Source of the DNA: an uncultured Enterobacteriaceae bacterium
GTDB lineage: Bacteria > Desulfobacterota > Binatia > UBA12015
Direction: 5' to 3'
NCBI GenBank assembly: GCA_964529315.1
Contig: CAZGUU010000001.1
Coordinates: 2,902-66,901 of the forward strand
Length of the DNA stretch: 64,000 nucleotides
Of the stretch, positions 19,682-31,831 are shown one piece after another. The notes below the pieces were generated by a model. That model saw only the letters and a list, made by a program, of their open reading frames with translations. It made no database searches and was not told the origin of the DNA. Every line of letters starts with the position of its first letter. The stretch's first letter is position 1. Made by a program: the position numbers and the translations under genes.

Positions 19682-19822
19682 AGACGGAGAACCCGCACAA
19701 GGCACGCGGCGCGCTTCCCGCACCGAGCCCGATTCCGTGGTCGCCGCCTCGGCACCGCGGCCGGCTGCCTCGCGGGCCAGGACGCCGCCGCTCGCGCCCT
19801 GCGCGCTTCGAGAGATCGCACC

Positions 19823-20260
19823 ATGCTCGAGATACCGCCCGACATCACCTACTACCTGCAGATCGTCGCCTTCCTCGTCTTCGCCGCGATGCTCCACGCC
19901 CTGGTTTGGTCCCCCACCCAGCAGGTCCTCGACGAGCGCGCCAAGCGCACCAGCGGAGCCCAAGCCGAGGCCGCCACCATGCGTGAGGAGGCGGCTGCCT
20001 TGCAGGCCCAGCTCGACGCGGAGCTCGAGGCAGCGCGGCAGGCGGGCAGCGACGCTGGTGCAAAGATCCGCCGGGAAGCGGAGGCCGCCGAGCGACAAAT
20101 CCTCGAAGAGGCGCGCCACGATGCCGCGCACTCCCTCGAGGACGTGCGCCAGCGCGTGACCCGGGAGACCGCGCTCGCTCGCGCGGCGCTGCGCGACCAG
20201 GTGGGATCGATCGCAACCCTGGCCGCCGAGCACCTCCTCGGCCGCTCGGTGGCCGCATGA
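19823..20260 (+). CDS. atpF2: F0F1 ATP synthase subunit b' (first of two b-type subunits)
   Basis: 145 aa. One N-terminal transmembrane helix, then a long Ala/Glu/Arg-rich coiled coil. First gene of the atpF'FHAGDC block. Confidence 0.75.
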   Translation: MLEIPPDITYYLQIVAFLVFAAMLHALVWSPTQQVLDERAKRTSGAQAEAATMREEAAALQAQLDAELEAARQAGSDAGAKIRREAEAAERQILEEARHDAAHSLEDVRQRVTRETALARAALRDQVGSIATLAAEHLLGRSVAA

Positions 20261-20919
20261 GACCCACCACGGCTCCTGGCCGCATCGTCACGGCCCGCGC
20301 CACCGCAGGCCGCGACCCGGCCGCTCTCCTCCGGCGAGCCGTCGTCGCCCTGGCGGCGCTCTTCCTCCTGCCAGCTCTGGCGCTCGCCTCCGAGGCTGGT
20401 GGCGAAGCCCACCCTCGCTCGGTCCAGATGCTGGTCTTGGCGTTCGTCAACTTCGCCATCTACTTCTTCTTGCTGCGCCGCTTCGCCTGGCCGCTGGTCG
20501 TCCAGTACCTCAAGGACCGGCGCGCCGGGGTGGTCGCCGCCCTCGAGGCCGCCTCCCGCGCGCGAGCCGAGGCCCAGGCCATCAAGCAAGAGTTCGAAGC
20601 CAAGCTGCGCGGGATCGAGGCCGATGCGGCTCGGGCGCGTGCCGAGATCGTCGCCCTGGCCGAAACCGAGGCCAAGCACCTCCTCGAGCAAGCTCGCAGG
20701 TCCGCCGATCGCATCCGCAGCGACGCGCGCCTGGTCGCCGATCAGGAGGTCGCCCGGGCTCGCCGGCTGCTGCAAGAGGAGAGCGCCGCACTGGTCGCCG
20801 AGATCGCCGGGCAGGTGGTCGCGCGCAATCTGACGAGCGAGGATCAGTCGCGGTTCGTCGCCGACTTCTTGATCGACGCGCGCGCCACCGCCGCCTCGTC
20901 CGCGGGAGGCGCCCGATGA
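20257..20919 (+). CDS. atpF: F0F1 ATP synthase subunit b, with a signal-like N-terminal extension
   Basis: 220 aa. A transmembrane helix then a coiled coil (AEAQAIKQEFEAKLRGIEADAARARAEI). Overlaps atpF' by 4 nt and atpH by 4 nt. Confidence 0.8.
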   Translation: MRPTTAPGRIVTARATAGRDPAALLRRAVVALAALFLLPALALASEAGGEAHPRSVQMLVLAFVNFAIYFFLLRRFAWPLVVQYLKDRRAGVVAALEAASRARAEAQAIKQEFEAKLRGIEADAARARAEIVALAETEAKHLLEQARRSADRIRSDARLVADQEVARARRLLQEESAALVAEIAGQVVARNLTSEDQSRFVADFLIDARATAASSAGGAR

Positions 20920-21464
20920 CCGGCGCCGTCGCGAAGCGCTACGCTCGAGCTCTGGCCGCCGTCGCCTCGGAGGAGGGCCGCCTCGAGTCGACGGTCGAAG
21001 AGCTCGCCCGGGTTTCGGCCTGGGTCGCGGACCCCCAGCTCGCCACCGCCCTGGCGGCTCCGACGCTCGCAGGGGCACCACGGCGCGCCCTGATCGGGCA
21101 GATGACCCAATCCCTCGGCCTCGCCACCCTGACGAGCAACTTCCTCTCCCTGCTCGCCGAGCGCAACCGGCTGGGCGAGCTCGCGGCGATCGCTCATGCT
21201 TACGGCGCCATGGTCGACCGCGCGCTCGACCGGGTGCGCGCCAGGATCCGCGTCGCCGCCCCCCTGGCGGCCGAGACGCTGGCCGAGGTGTCGGAGGTGC
21301 TCGAGAGGATCTGCGGCAAGTCCGTGATCGCCACCGTCGAGACCGACCCCGACCTGATCGGCGGGCTCACCATCGAGATCGAGGGGCGCGTCTACGACGG
21401 GAGCGTACGCACGCAGCTCGAGCACCTGGCACGCACCCTCTCGCGCGCCACCCCACCCGGCTGA
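20916..21464 (+). CDS. atpH: F0F1 ATP synthase subunit delta
   Basis: 182 aa. OSCP-like fold by position and length, immediately upstream of atpA. Confidence 0.8.
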   Translation: MTGAVAKRYARALAAVASEEGRLESTVEELARVSAWVADPQLATALAAPTLAGAPRRALIGQMTQSLGLATLTSNFLSLLAERNRLGELAAIAHAYGAMVDRALDRVRARIRVAAPLAAETLAEVSEVLERICGKSVIATVETDPDLIGGLTIEIEGRVYDGSVRTQLEHLARTLSRATPPG

Positions 21465-21540
21465 GCCGCGCCCAGCCAGCCACGCTCGCGCCCGAAACCA
21501 TCGCGTCAACGAGAGACAGGCGGAAGAGGAGAAGTAGCAG

Positions 21541-25399
<3,859 letters not shown>

Positions 25400-25417
25400 G
25401 CGGACGCGGCGGGAACC

Positions 25418-25816
25418 ATGCGACTCGTCGTCGTCACACCAGAGCGGCTCGTCCTCGACACCGACGTCGAGGAAGTCTACGCCCCTGGCGTCATGGGCCA
25501 GTTCGGCGTGCTTCCCAAGCACGTCACCTTCCTGACGGCGCTCGCCAGCGGCGAGCTCCGCTACCGGGAGCGCGGCACCGACCGCTACATGGCCGTGAGC
25601 GGCGGTGTGTGCGAGGTGCTCGACGACACGGCGACGATCCTCGCCGATACGGCGGAGGCCGCTTCCGAGATCGACGTGGATCGCGCATCGGCCGCGGAGA
25701 AGCGCGCCATCGATGCGCTGTCCCGAGCTGCGGCGGGCAGCCTGGAGCACACCGAGCTGCGCGCTGCGGCCGAGCGAGCGGCAAACCGCCGGGCCGTCGC
25801 CGCTCGAGCGAGGTAG
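25418..25816 (+). CDS. atpC: F0F1 ATP synthase subunit epsilon
   Basis: 132 aa, starting MRLVVVTPERLVLDTDVEEVYAPGVMGQFGVLPKH. Confidence 0.9.
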   Translation: MRLVVVTPERLVLDTDVEEVYAPGVMGQFGVLPKHVTFLTALASGELRYRERGTDRYMAVSGGVCEVLDDTATILADTAEAASEIDVDRASAAEKRAIDALSRAAAGSLEHTELRAAAERAANRRAVAARAR

Positions 25817-25826
25817 CTGCTCCGCT

Positions 25827-26948
25827 TCAGGCGGCTCCGGCCGCCATGCGACGCTGGGCCGTCAGGACGAATTCGACGTCGGTCGATCGCTCGGGCCACT
25901 CGACGCGCACCTCTTCACCCCCGACCAGCTGCCGCGAGGCAATCAGGCGCGCCAGCGGCGAAACCAGCCGTCGCTCGACGACCCGCTTCATGGGCCGTGC
26001 TCCGTTCTCGGGGTCCGTGCCTTCCGCGAGGAGCCTGCGGATCGCCTGATCGCTGTAGCGGATCGACAAGGCGACGCCGCGCCGCGCCAGACGTCCCTCG
26101 ACCTTCTGGATCTCGAGCCGCAGGATCTCCTCGAGCTGGCTGGGGCTCAGCCGGTGGAAGACGATCTTGTGATCGATTCGGTTCAGGAATTCGGGGGCGA
26201 ACGTCCGCCGGGCCGTCCACAGAACCGCCTTCTCGACCCGGCGCTGGACCGCGGTCTCGGCTTCCCCGGTTCGACCGACGAACCCCATCGGCGGCGAGAG
26301 AATCTCTCCCAGCGAGCGGCTGCCGACGTTGCTCGTGAGAAAGATGAAGCAGCGCGACAGGTCGACCTCTTTGTTGTTCCCCAGCGTGAGCCTGGCCTTG
26401 TCCAGGACTCCCAGCAGGAGCTGCCAGAGCGAATCGCTCGCCTTCTCGATCTCGTCGAAGAGCAGCAGGGTGAACGGGCAGCTCGCCGTCTGGTGCCGTG
26501 TGATGTTCGCGCTCGAGAGGTAGGGCGTGGTCTCCTGATGCCCGAGGTAGCCCGGTGGCGACCCGATCAGGCGAGAGATCTCGTGGCTGTGGCTGAACTC
26601 CGCGCAGTCGATCTTGAGCATCGCCTTGCGGTCGCCGAAGCACGCGTCGGCGAACGCCTCGACCAGGTTCGTCTTGCCGGTACCGGTCGGGCCAAGGAAC
26701 AGGAAGGAGCCCAGCGGCCGCTCGGAGCTGGCCAGGCCAGAGCACTGGATCTGATAGGCTTCCGTCACCGCATCGACGGCCGGATCCTGGCCGACGACCC
26801 GTTCGCGGAGCGCGCGGCGAAACGCCTCGACGTCCTCGCCGAGGCGGTCGGGGAGAAGCCGCTCTCGGACCCGCTGTGCTCGCCGGGCACCGCGATCGCC
26901 TGCACGCCGCCCCGATCCCGTCCTCTGTCTGTTGCTTTCGGGCACCAC
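25827..26948 (-). CDS. Stand-alone ClpA/ClpB D2-type AAA+ ATPase, with no N-domain, D1 or middle domain
   Basis: Trimmed to a GTG at 26948, preceded by GGAGGA. Walker A GPTGTGKT. Walker [11 protein letters not shown]. Sensor-1 TSN. Sensor-2 GARPMKR. D2-small domain. Aligns closely with the D2 of the ClpB at 55401. The 140 aa upstream in the track ORF are low-complexity. Confidence 0.75.
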   Translation of the reverse strand: MVPESNRQRTGSGRRAGDRGARRAQRVRERLLPDRLGEDVEAFRRALRERVVGQDPAVDAVTEAYQIQCSGLASSERPLGSFLFLGPTGTGKTNLVEAFADACFGDRKAMLKIDCAEFSHSHEISRLIGSPPGYLGHQETTPYLSSANITRHQTASCPFTLLLFDEIEKASDSLWQLLLGVLDKARLTLGNNKEVDLSRCFIFLTSNVGSRSLGEILSPPMGFVGRTGEAETAVQRRVEKAVLWTARRTFAPEFLNRIDHKIVFHRLSPSQLEEILRLEIQKVEGRLARRGVALSIRYSDQAIRRLLAEGTDPENGARPMKRVVERRLVSPLARLIASRQLVGGEEVRVEWPERSTDVEFVLTAQRRMAAGAA

Positions 26949-27063
26949 TCGTCCTCCAACGTAACCAGAAGTCGGCACGGCCGGCCCAACCCTTGAGCCG
27001 CGACGTGAGGACAGGCCGCCTGGCCCCTTCACTCCCCGGGATCTGCGTGCCATAGCCACAGGG

Positions 27064-27804
27064 ATGAAGCTGCACGGCAAGACGGCCTTCGTGACGGGTG
27101 GCTCGCGCGGGATCGGCCGCGCCATCGCGCTCGCCTTCGCCCGAGAAGGGGCAGACGTCGCCCTGAGCTTCCGCCGCGATCTGGCCGCTGCCCAGGCCAC
27201 GGTCGAGGAGATCCGAGCCCTGGGCCGGCGTGCGAGCCACCACCAGGCGGACGTCGCCGACCCCGCGGCCGTCGAGCGCATCTTCCAGGAGGCGGGCGCC
27301 ACCTTCGGCTCGTTCGACGTCGTCGTCGCGAACTCGGGCATCGCCTCTCGGACGGCGTCGGTGACGGACACCGACGTCGCCTACTGGAAGCGGGTTCTCG
27401 AGGTGGATCTCGACGGCGTCTTCTACACCTGCAAGTGGGGCGTCCCGTTGCTGCGAGCGCACGGCAGCGTGATCATCATCTCGTCGATCGGCGCCGACCT
27501 CTGCGCGCCCTTCGGCGCGCCCTACTACGTCGCCAAGGCGGGGGCCAATGCCCTGACCAAGGTCCTGGCCAAGGAGCTGGCTTTCGAGCAGAAGCGCGCC
27601 AACTGCATCGCCCCGGGCGTGATCGCTACCGACATGGGCAACCGCCTCGTGGCGGCCTTGGGCGAGGGCGTCCTGAGCAGCATCCCGCTGGGTCGGCTCG
27701 GCCAACCCGAGGACATCGGCGCCGCAGCCGTGTTCCTCGCCTCGGACGAGGCGAGCTTCATCACCGGCAAGATCCTGCGCATCGACGGCGGCGCGTTCAT
27801 GTAG
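27064..27804 (+). CDS. SDR-family oxidoreductase (3-oxoacyl-ACP reductase-like)
   Basis: TGGSRGIGRAIA (TGxxxGxG). Catalytic YxxxK in PYYVAKAG. 246 aa. Confidence 0.85.
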   Translation: MKLHGKTAFVTGGSRGIGRAIALAFAREGADVALSFRRDLAAAQATVEEIRALGRRASHHQADVADPAAVERIFQEAGATFGSFDVVVANSGIASRTASVTDTDVAYWKRVLEVDLDGVFYTCKWGVPLLRAHGSVIIISSIGADLCAPFGAPYYVAKAGANALTKVLAKELAFEQKRANCIAPGVIATDMGNRLVAALGEGVLSSIPLGRLGQPEDIGAAAVFLASDEASFITGKILRIDGGAFM

Positions 27805-27970
27805 CCGCGGATCGGGGCCGAGGGCCGCCGAGCTCCCGGCAATCGCCCGGGGCATTTCCTGTGCTTCCCACGCGTGTGCTCGCGCCATCCTCTGGAGTCC
27901 CGCGAGCAGGCCCGTTTTCGGGTACCTTGCCTGGCTGACTCGGCGAACCCATTGACAATGCGCGTCATAT

Positions 27971-27989
27971 TATACTAAACGTTCAGTAT
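27971..27989. promoter_or_regulatory. 18-bp imperfect palindrome ATACTAAACGTTCAGTAT (8 of 9 pairs) running into the TetR start codon; a candidate TetR operator. TTGACA lies about 14 nt upstream
   Basis: Seen directly. AT-rich island in GC-rich DNA. My coordinates are uncertain by 1 nt. Confidence 0.45.
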
Positions 27990-28632
27990 GGCTTCCCCGG
28001 CAACGGGACGAGCGCGTCGATCCGAGCCTGGTCGAGACGGCCTGATTGCCACCGCGATCGACTGCTTCGCTCGGCAAGGCTACGCCGGAACTTCCATCGA
28101 CCGCATCGCCCGAGCGGCCGGGGTCACCAAGGGAGCGCTCTACTACCACTTCCGCGACAAGGAGCACCTGCTCTTCGAGGCCGTGAAGGAGCGTATCGGG
28201 GCCTTCGAGCGGTACGTGGTGCAGCACGTGGAAAAGGCAGAGGACCCCGTGGGGGCGCTACGCGAGATCGCCTCGATCTGTGCCAAGAACGCGGCTCGCG
28301 ACAACCACCGGCGCTTCATCCTGACGTTGATGGTCGAGGCCCTCGACACGAACGCGGCACTCTCGGTCGAGTTTCGCGAAATGCTGCACCGCTTTCGCAG
28401 CTTTCACCGCCACCTGATCCGCAGGGGCGTGGAGCGCGGCCTCTTCCGCGCAGACATCGATGTCGCCGTGGCCGCGGAGACCTTCGTCAGCGGGATCCTC
28501 GGTGCCGAGATCCAGTACTACCAGGATCCGCAGGCGATCGACATCGATCGATCGCTGGACCTTCACGTGGAGCAGTTCCTCGCCTGGATTGCCGTGCCTC
28601 CTGCGCGGCACCAGCCCGGAGAAGGATCGTGA
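27988..28632 (+). CDS. TetR/AcrR-family transcriptional regulator
   Basis: HTH GYAGTSIDRIARAAGVTKGALYYHF. First gene of a TetR-ACAD-ACAD block. Confidence 0.85.
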   Translation: MASPATGRARRSEPGRDGLIATAIDCFARQGYAGTSIDRIARAAGVTKGALYYHFRDKEHLLFEAVKERIGAFERYVVQHVEKAEDPVGALREIASICAKNAARDNHRRFILTLMVEALDTNAALSVEFREMLHRFRSFHRHLIRRGVERGLFRADIDVAVAAETFVSGILGAEIQYYQDPQAIDIDRSLDLHVEQFLAWIAVPPARHQPGEGS

Positions 28633-28633
28633 G

Positions 28634-29737
28634 ATGTTCGATCTCGAGTTGACCCAAGAGCAGCGCCTCATGCGCGACACCATCGCAAGCTTCGCCCGCG
28701 ACGAGATTCGCCCCGTGGCTCGCGACTGTGACGAGCGCGGAATCATTCCGCCCCAGCTGGCCGAGAAGGGCTTCGGCCTGGGCCTCATCCACTCACCTCT
28801 CCCAGAGGCCTACGGCGGGTTCGGCGAGGAACGATCCGCGGTCACCGGAGCCATCATCGCCGAGGAGCTCGGGTGGGGCAGCCTGGCCATTGCCCTCCAC
28901 CTGCTCGCGCCGCGTCTGGTCGCCTACCCGGTCCTCGACATCGGAACGCAAGAGCAGCGCGAGCGGCTTCTGCCGCGCTTCTCCTCCGGATTCCATCCGG
29001 CTTCGGCAGCCATCGTCGAGCCGCGCTTCGACTTCGACACCGTCCGCTTCGCCACCACCGCGCGCCGCGACAACGGCAGCTACGTCCTGGACGGAGCCAA
29101 GTGCTTCGTCCCGCTCGCCGCCGACGCCGACCTGGTGCTGGTCTTCGCGCAGCTCCTCGAGGGAGACGGCGACCGCCGTGCAGCCTTCCTCGTGGATCGC
29201 GGCGCCGAGGGACTGCTGGTCGGCGACCGCGAGAGCAACATGGGCGCCAAGGCCCTCGCCACGCACGAGATCACGCTCGACGGCGTGCGAATCCCGGCCT
29301 CGGCCCGGCTCGGTGGCGAAACCGGGGAGGGCCTCGAGCGACTGCTCGACCACACGCGGGTCGGCCTCGCTGCCCTGGCGATCGGCGTGGCTCGAGGGGC
29401 CTTCGAGTATGCCCGGGACTATGCGAAGGACAGAAAGGCGTTCGGCGTTCCCATCGCGCAGAAGCAGGCCATCGCCTTCATGCTCGCGGAGATGGCCATC
29501 GAGATCGACGCCGCGCGCTTGCTCGTCTGGGAGGCTGCCTGGGCCCTGGACCGAGGCCGCAAGGCCACCCGCGAGTGCATCTTGGCCAAGCGATACGCCT
29601 CGAATGCCGTCCTGAAGGTCGCGGACAATGCGCTGCAGGTTCTGGGCGGCCACGGCTACGTCCGCGACCACCCCGTGGAGCTCTGGCTGCGCGATGCCCG
29701 TGGGTTTGTGTCTTTCGAGGGCCTGGCCATCGTCTGA
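28634..29737 (+). CDS. Acyl-CoA dehydrogenase family protein
   Basis: Start trimmed to MFDLELTQEQRL, RBS GGAGAAGGA. The C-terminal FEG carboxylate is present. Confidence 0.85.
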   Translation: MFDLELTQEQRLMRDTIASFARDEIRPVARDCDERGIIPPQLAEKGFGLGLIHSPLPEAYGGFGEERSAVTGAIIAEELGWGSLAIALHLLAPRLVAYPVLDIGTQEQRERLLPRFSSGFHPASAAIVEPRFDFDTVRFATTARRDNGSYVLDGAKCFVPLAADADLVLVFAQLLEGDGDRRAAFLVDRGAEGLLVGDRESNMGAKALATHEITLDGVRIPASARLGGETGEGLERLLDHTRVGLAALAIGVARGAFEYARDYAKDRKAFGVPIAQKQAIAFMLAEMAIEIDAARLLVWEAAWALDRGRKATRECILAKRYASNAVLKVADNALQVLGGHGYVRDHPVELWLRDARGFVSFEGLAIV

Positions 29738-29814
29738 GCCGGCGGCTCGGCGTGTCCCGTTTGGGGTTCCTGGGAGCCCGCAAGCGCCGAGTCCTACGCA
29801 TCGAGGAGTGGAGC

Positions 29815-31038
29815 ATGATCGACTTCGAGCTTTCCCAAGGCGTGCAGAACCAGCGTCAGATGGTGCACATGGTCGCCGAGCAGATGATGCGGCCCATCTC
29901 GCGCGAGTTCGACGAGCGCGAGCACGAGAAGCCGTGGGATTTCCTCAAGACCATGTGGGCCGTTTCGGGAAGCTCACCGATCGGCAACGACAGCAGCCAG
30001 AAGGCTCGGGCTGGCGATGCGCCACGGGAATCCAACCTCGGCTCATGCGTGACGATCGAGGAGCTCTCCTGGGGTGACGCCGGCCTCTACCTGACGATCC
30101 CCAACGCCGGTCTGGGCGGAGCTGCAGTGATGGCCGCCGGCACGCCGGAGCAGAAGCAGCGCTTCCTGGCGCCGTTCAAGAGCGGCGAGCCGAAGTGGGG
30201 CGCCATGGCCATCACCGAGCCCCACTGCGGCTCCGATTCGGCGGCGCTCCAGACGACCGCGGTGCGCGACGGCGACCACTGGGTGCTCAACGGCACCAAG
30301 ATCTACTGCACCTCCGGCTTGATGGCCGCGGAGAAGTCGGACGGCTTCGTCGTCGTGTGGGCCACCATCGACAAGTCGGCCGGCCGCGCGGGCATCAAGT
30401 CGTTCGTGGTCGAGGCTCACACCCCGGGAATGAAGGTCATCAAGTGCGAGAACAAGCTCGGGATTCGAGCCTCGGATACGGCGATGATCGTCTTCGAGGA
30501 CTGCCGTATCCCGCTCGACAACCTGCTCGGATCCGCCGAGGTGAAGACCACCACCGAGGGATTCAAGGGTGCCATGGCCACGTTCGATGCCACCCGGCCA
30601 TTGGTGGCGGCGAGCGCAATCGGCATCGGTCGCGCTGCCCTCGACTTCACCCGCGAGGCTCTGGAGCGTGCGGGTATCCGCATCCGCTATGCGGCGAGCA
30701 GCGCCACGCTGACGGCGGTCGAGCGCGACTTCATGGAGATGGAGGCCGAGCTCCAGGCAGCTCGGCTGCTGACCTGGCGCGCTGCCTGGATGATGGACCG
30801 AGGACAGCGAAACAGCCTCGAGGCGTCGATGGCCAAGGCCAAGGCGGGCCTCGCGGTCACCCGAGTGACGCAAAAAGCGGTCGAGATGCTCGGCCCACTC
30901 GGCTACTCCAGGCGGCTGCTCCTCGAGAAGTGGATGCGCGACGCGAAGATCAACGACATCTTCGAGGGCACCCAGCAGATCAACATGCTGGTCGTCGCCA
31001 GGCGGATCCTGGGCTACTCGAGCAAGGAGCTGAGCTAG
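29815..31038 (+). CDS. Acyl-CoA dehydrogenase family protein (second of a pair)
   Basis: Start trimmed to MIDFELSQGVQ, RBS GAGGAG. Contains AITEPHCGSD and DIFEGTQQI. Confidence 0.85.
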   Translation: MIDFELSQGVQNQRQMVHMVAEQMMRPISREFDEREHEKPWDFLKTMWAVSGSSPIGNDSSQKARAGDAPRESNLGSCVTIEELSWGDAGLYLTIPNAGLGGAAVMAAGTPEQKQRFLAPFKSGEPKWGAMAITEPHCGSDSAALQTTAVRDGDHWVLNGTKIYCTSGLMAAEKSDGFVVVWATIDKSAGRAGIKSFVVEAHTPGMKVIKCENKLGIRASDTAMIVFEDCRIPLDNLLGSAEVKTTTEGFKGAMATFDATRPLVAASAIGIGRAALDFTREALERAGIRIRYAASSATLTAVERDFMEMEAELQAARLLTWRAAWMMDRGQRNSLEASMAKAKAGLAVTRVTQKAVEMLGPLGYSRRLLLEKWMRDAKINDIFEGTQQINMLVVARRILGYSSKELS

Positions 31039-31327
31039 GGCCCTGTCGACCGTGAGGGCGCTTGCTGCGATGCGTGATGGATCGCCATCCCCCGCGGCAA
31101 GCTCCGGGACGCGCTCCGCGATCCGCATTCGACGTGGACGTGACGCTTTTCGGCCGGGCGTCATCGGTTTGGCGCCGGGCCACGCGCTGAGAGAACCGCG
31201 CAGCCGTCACGGCAGCTGACGCGGCAAAGAAAAGCGCGTATCGTAGCTCTGCGCGGCCCCGCGCGAGCGTCGCTGCGTCCATGGCATTCCTCTTGCATGA
31301 GCTCTCCTGCGGGGAAAGGAGAGAATC

Positions 31328-31516
31328 ATGACTCCAACGGTGACTCTGCACGAGGTGATCGCGGCCGTCTCGGAGTTCGCTCACTCGGAAAACGAGGTGA
31401 TCGCCACGATCGTGCACCTCGTCAACACCGGGCGCGTACGTCTTCGCGGGGACTTCGCAGGTGCCCACATCGACCTCTCCTCGAGGTCGACTGCGCTGCC
31501 CGTCCCTTCCGCGTGA
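31328..31516 (+). CDS. Small hypothetical protein (62 aa)
   Basis: Strong RBS GGGGAAAGGAGAG 5 nt upstream. Mostly GC3-rich codons. I do not recognise the family. Confidence 0.4.
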   Translation: MTPTVTLHEVIAAVSEFAHSENEVIATIVHLVNTGRVRLRGDFAGAHIDLSSRSTALPVPSA

Positions 31517-31543
31517 GCGCAGCGTCGTTCGGAGGGCCTCACG

Positions 31544-31738
31544 ATGAACACCAGCACAGAGAGGCGCTGCTTTTACGTCTCTGGGCAGGCGGTGGAGCTG
31601 TGGGAGGATTCCGCAACGCCTTTCGGCTGGACCAGAGATGATCTGGCCGCTTATGCGGCCGAGGGCGCGTGGGAGTTGCTCTTCAACGCCCTGGTCCTGA
31701 ACTCCGCAGTCGATCCGAGCGGGTCGTCCGTCGCCTGA
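31544..31738 (+). CDS. Small hypothetical protein (64 aa), in tandem with the previous small ORF
   Basis: RBS GGAGGG 7 nt upstream. GC3-rich codons. I do not recognise the family. Confidence 0.4.
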   Translation: MNTSTERRCFYVSGQAVELWEDSATPFGWTRDDLAAYAAEGAWELLFNALVLNSAVDPSGSSVA

Positions 31739-31831
31739 AGTCGACCGGGACGATCCGAACTCCTCCCGGCGGCCGTCTGGCCGCCCCACGCAGGGACGTG
31801 ACAGGCTGCCCGCTTGCGGTAGCCTCGAGGC

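Noticed and set aside
25827-27371. Full 514-aa version of the AAA+ ORF
   Set aside because: The first 140 aa are low-complexity and would overlap the divergent SDR gene. A GTG preceded by GGAGGA at 26948 gives a protein that begins just before the conserved D2 module.
28561-28580. parS-like CCTTCACGTGGAGC inside the TetR coding region
   Set aside because: Only 11 of 14 match the local parS core. It is inside an ORF and nowhere near parAB, so it is most likely a chance CACGTG-containing sequence.
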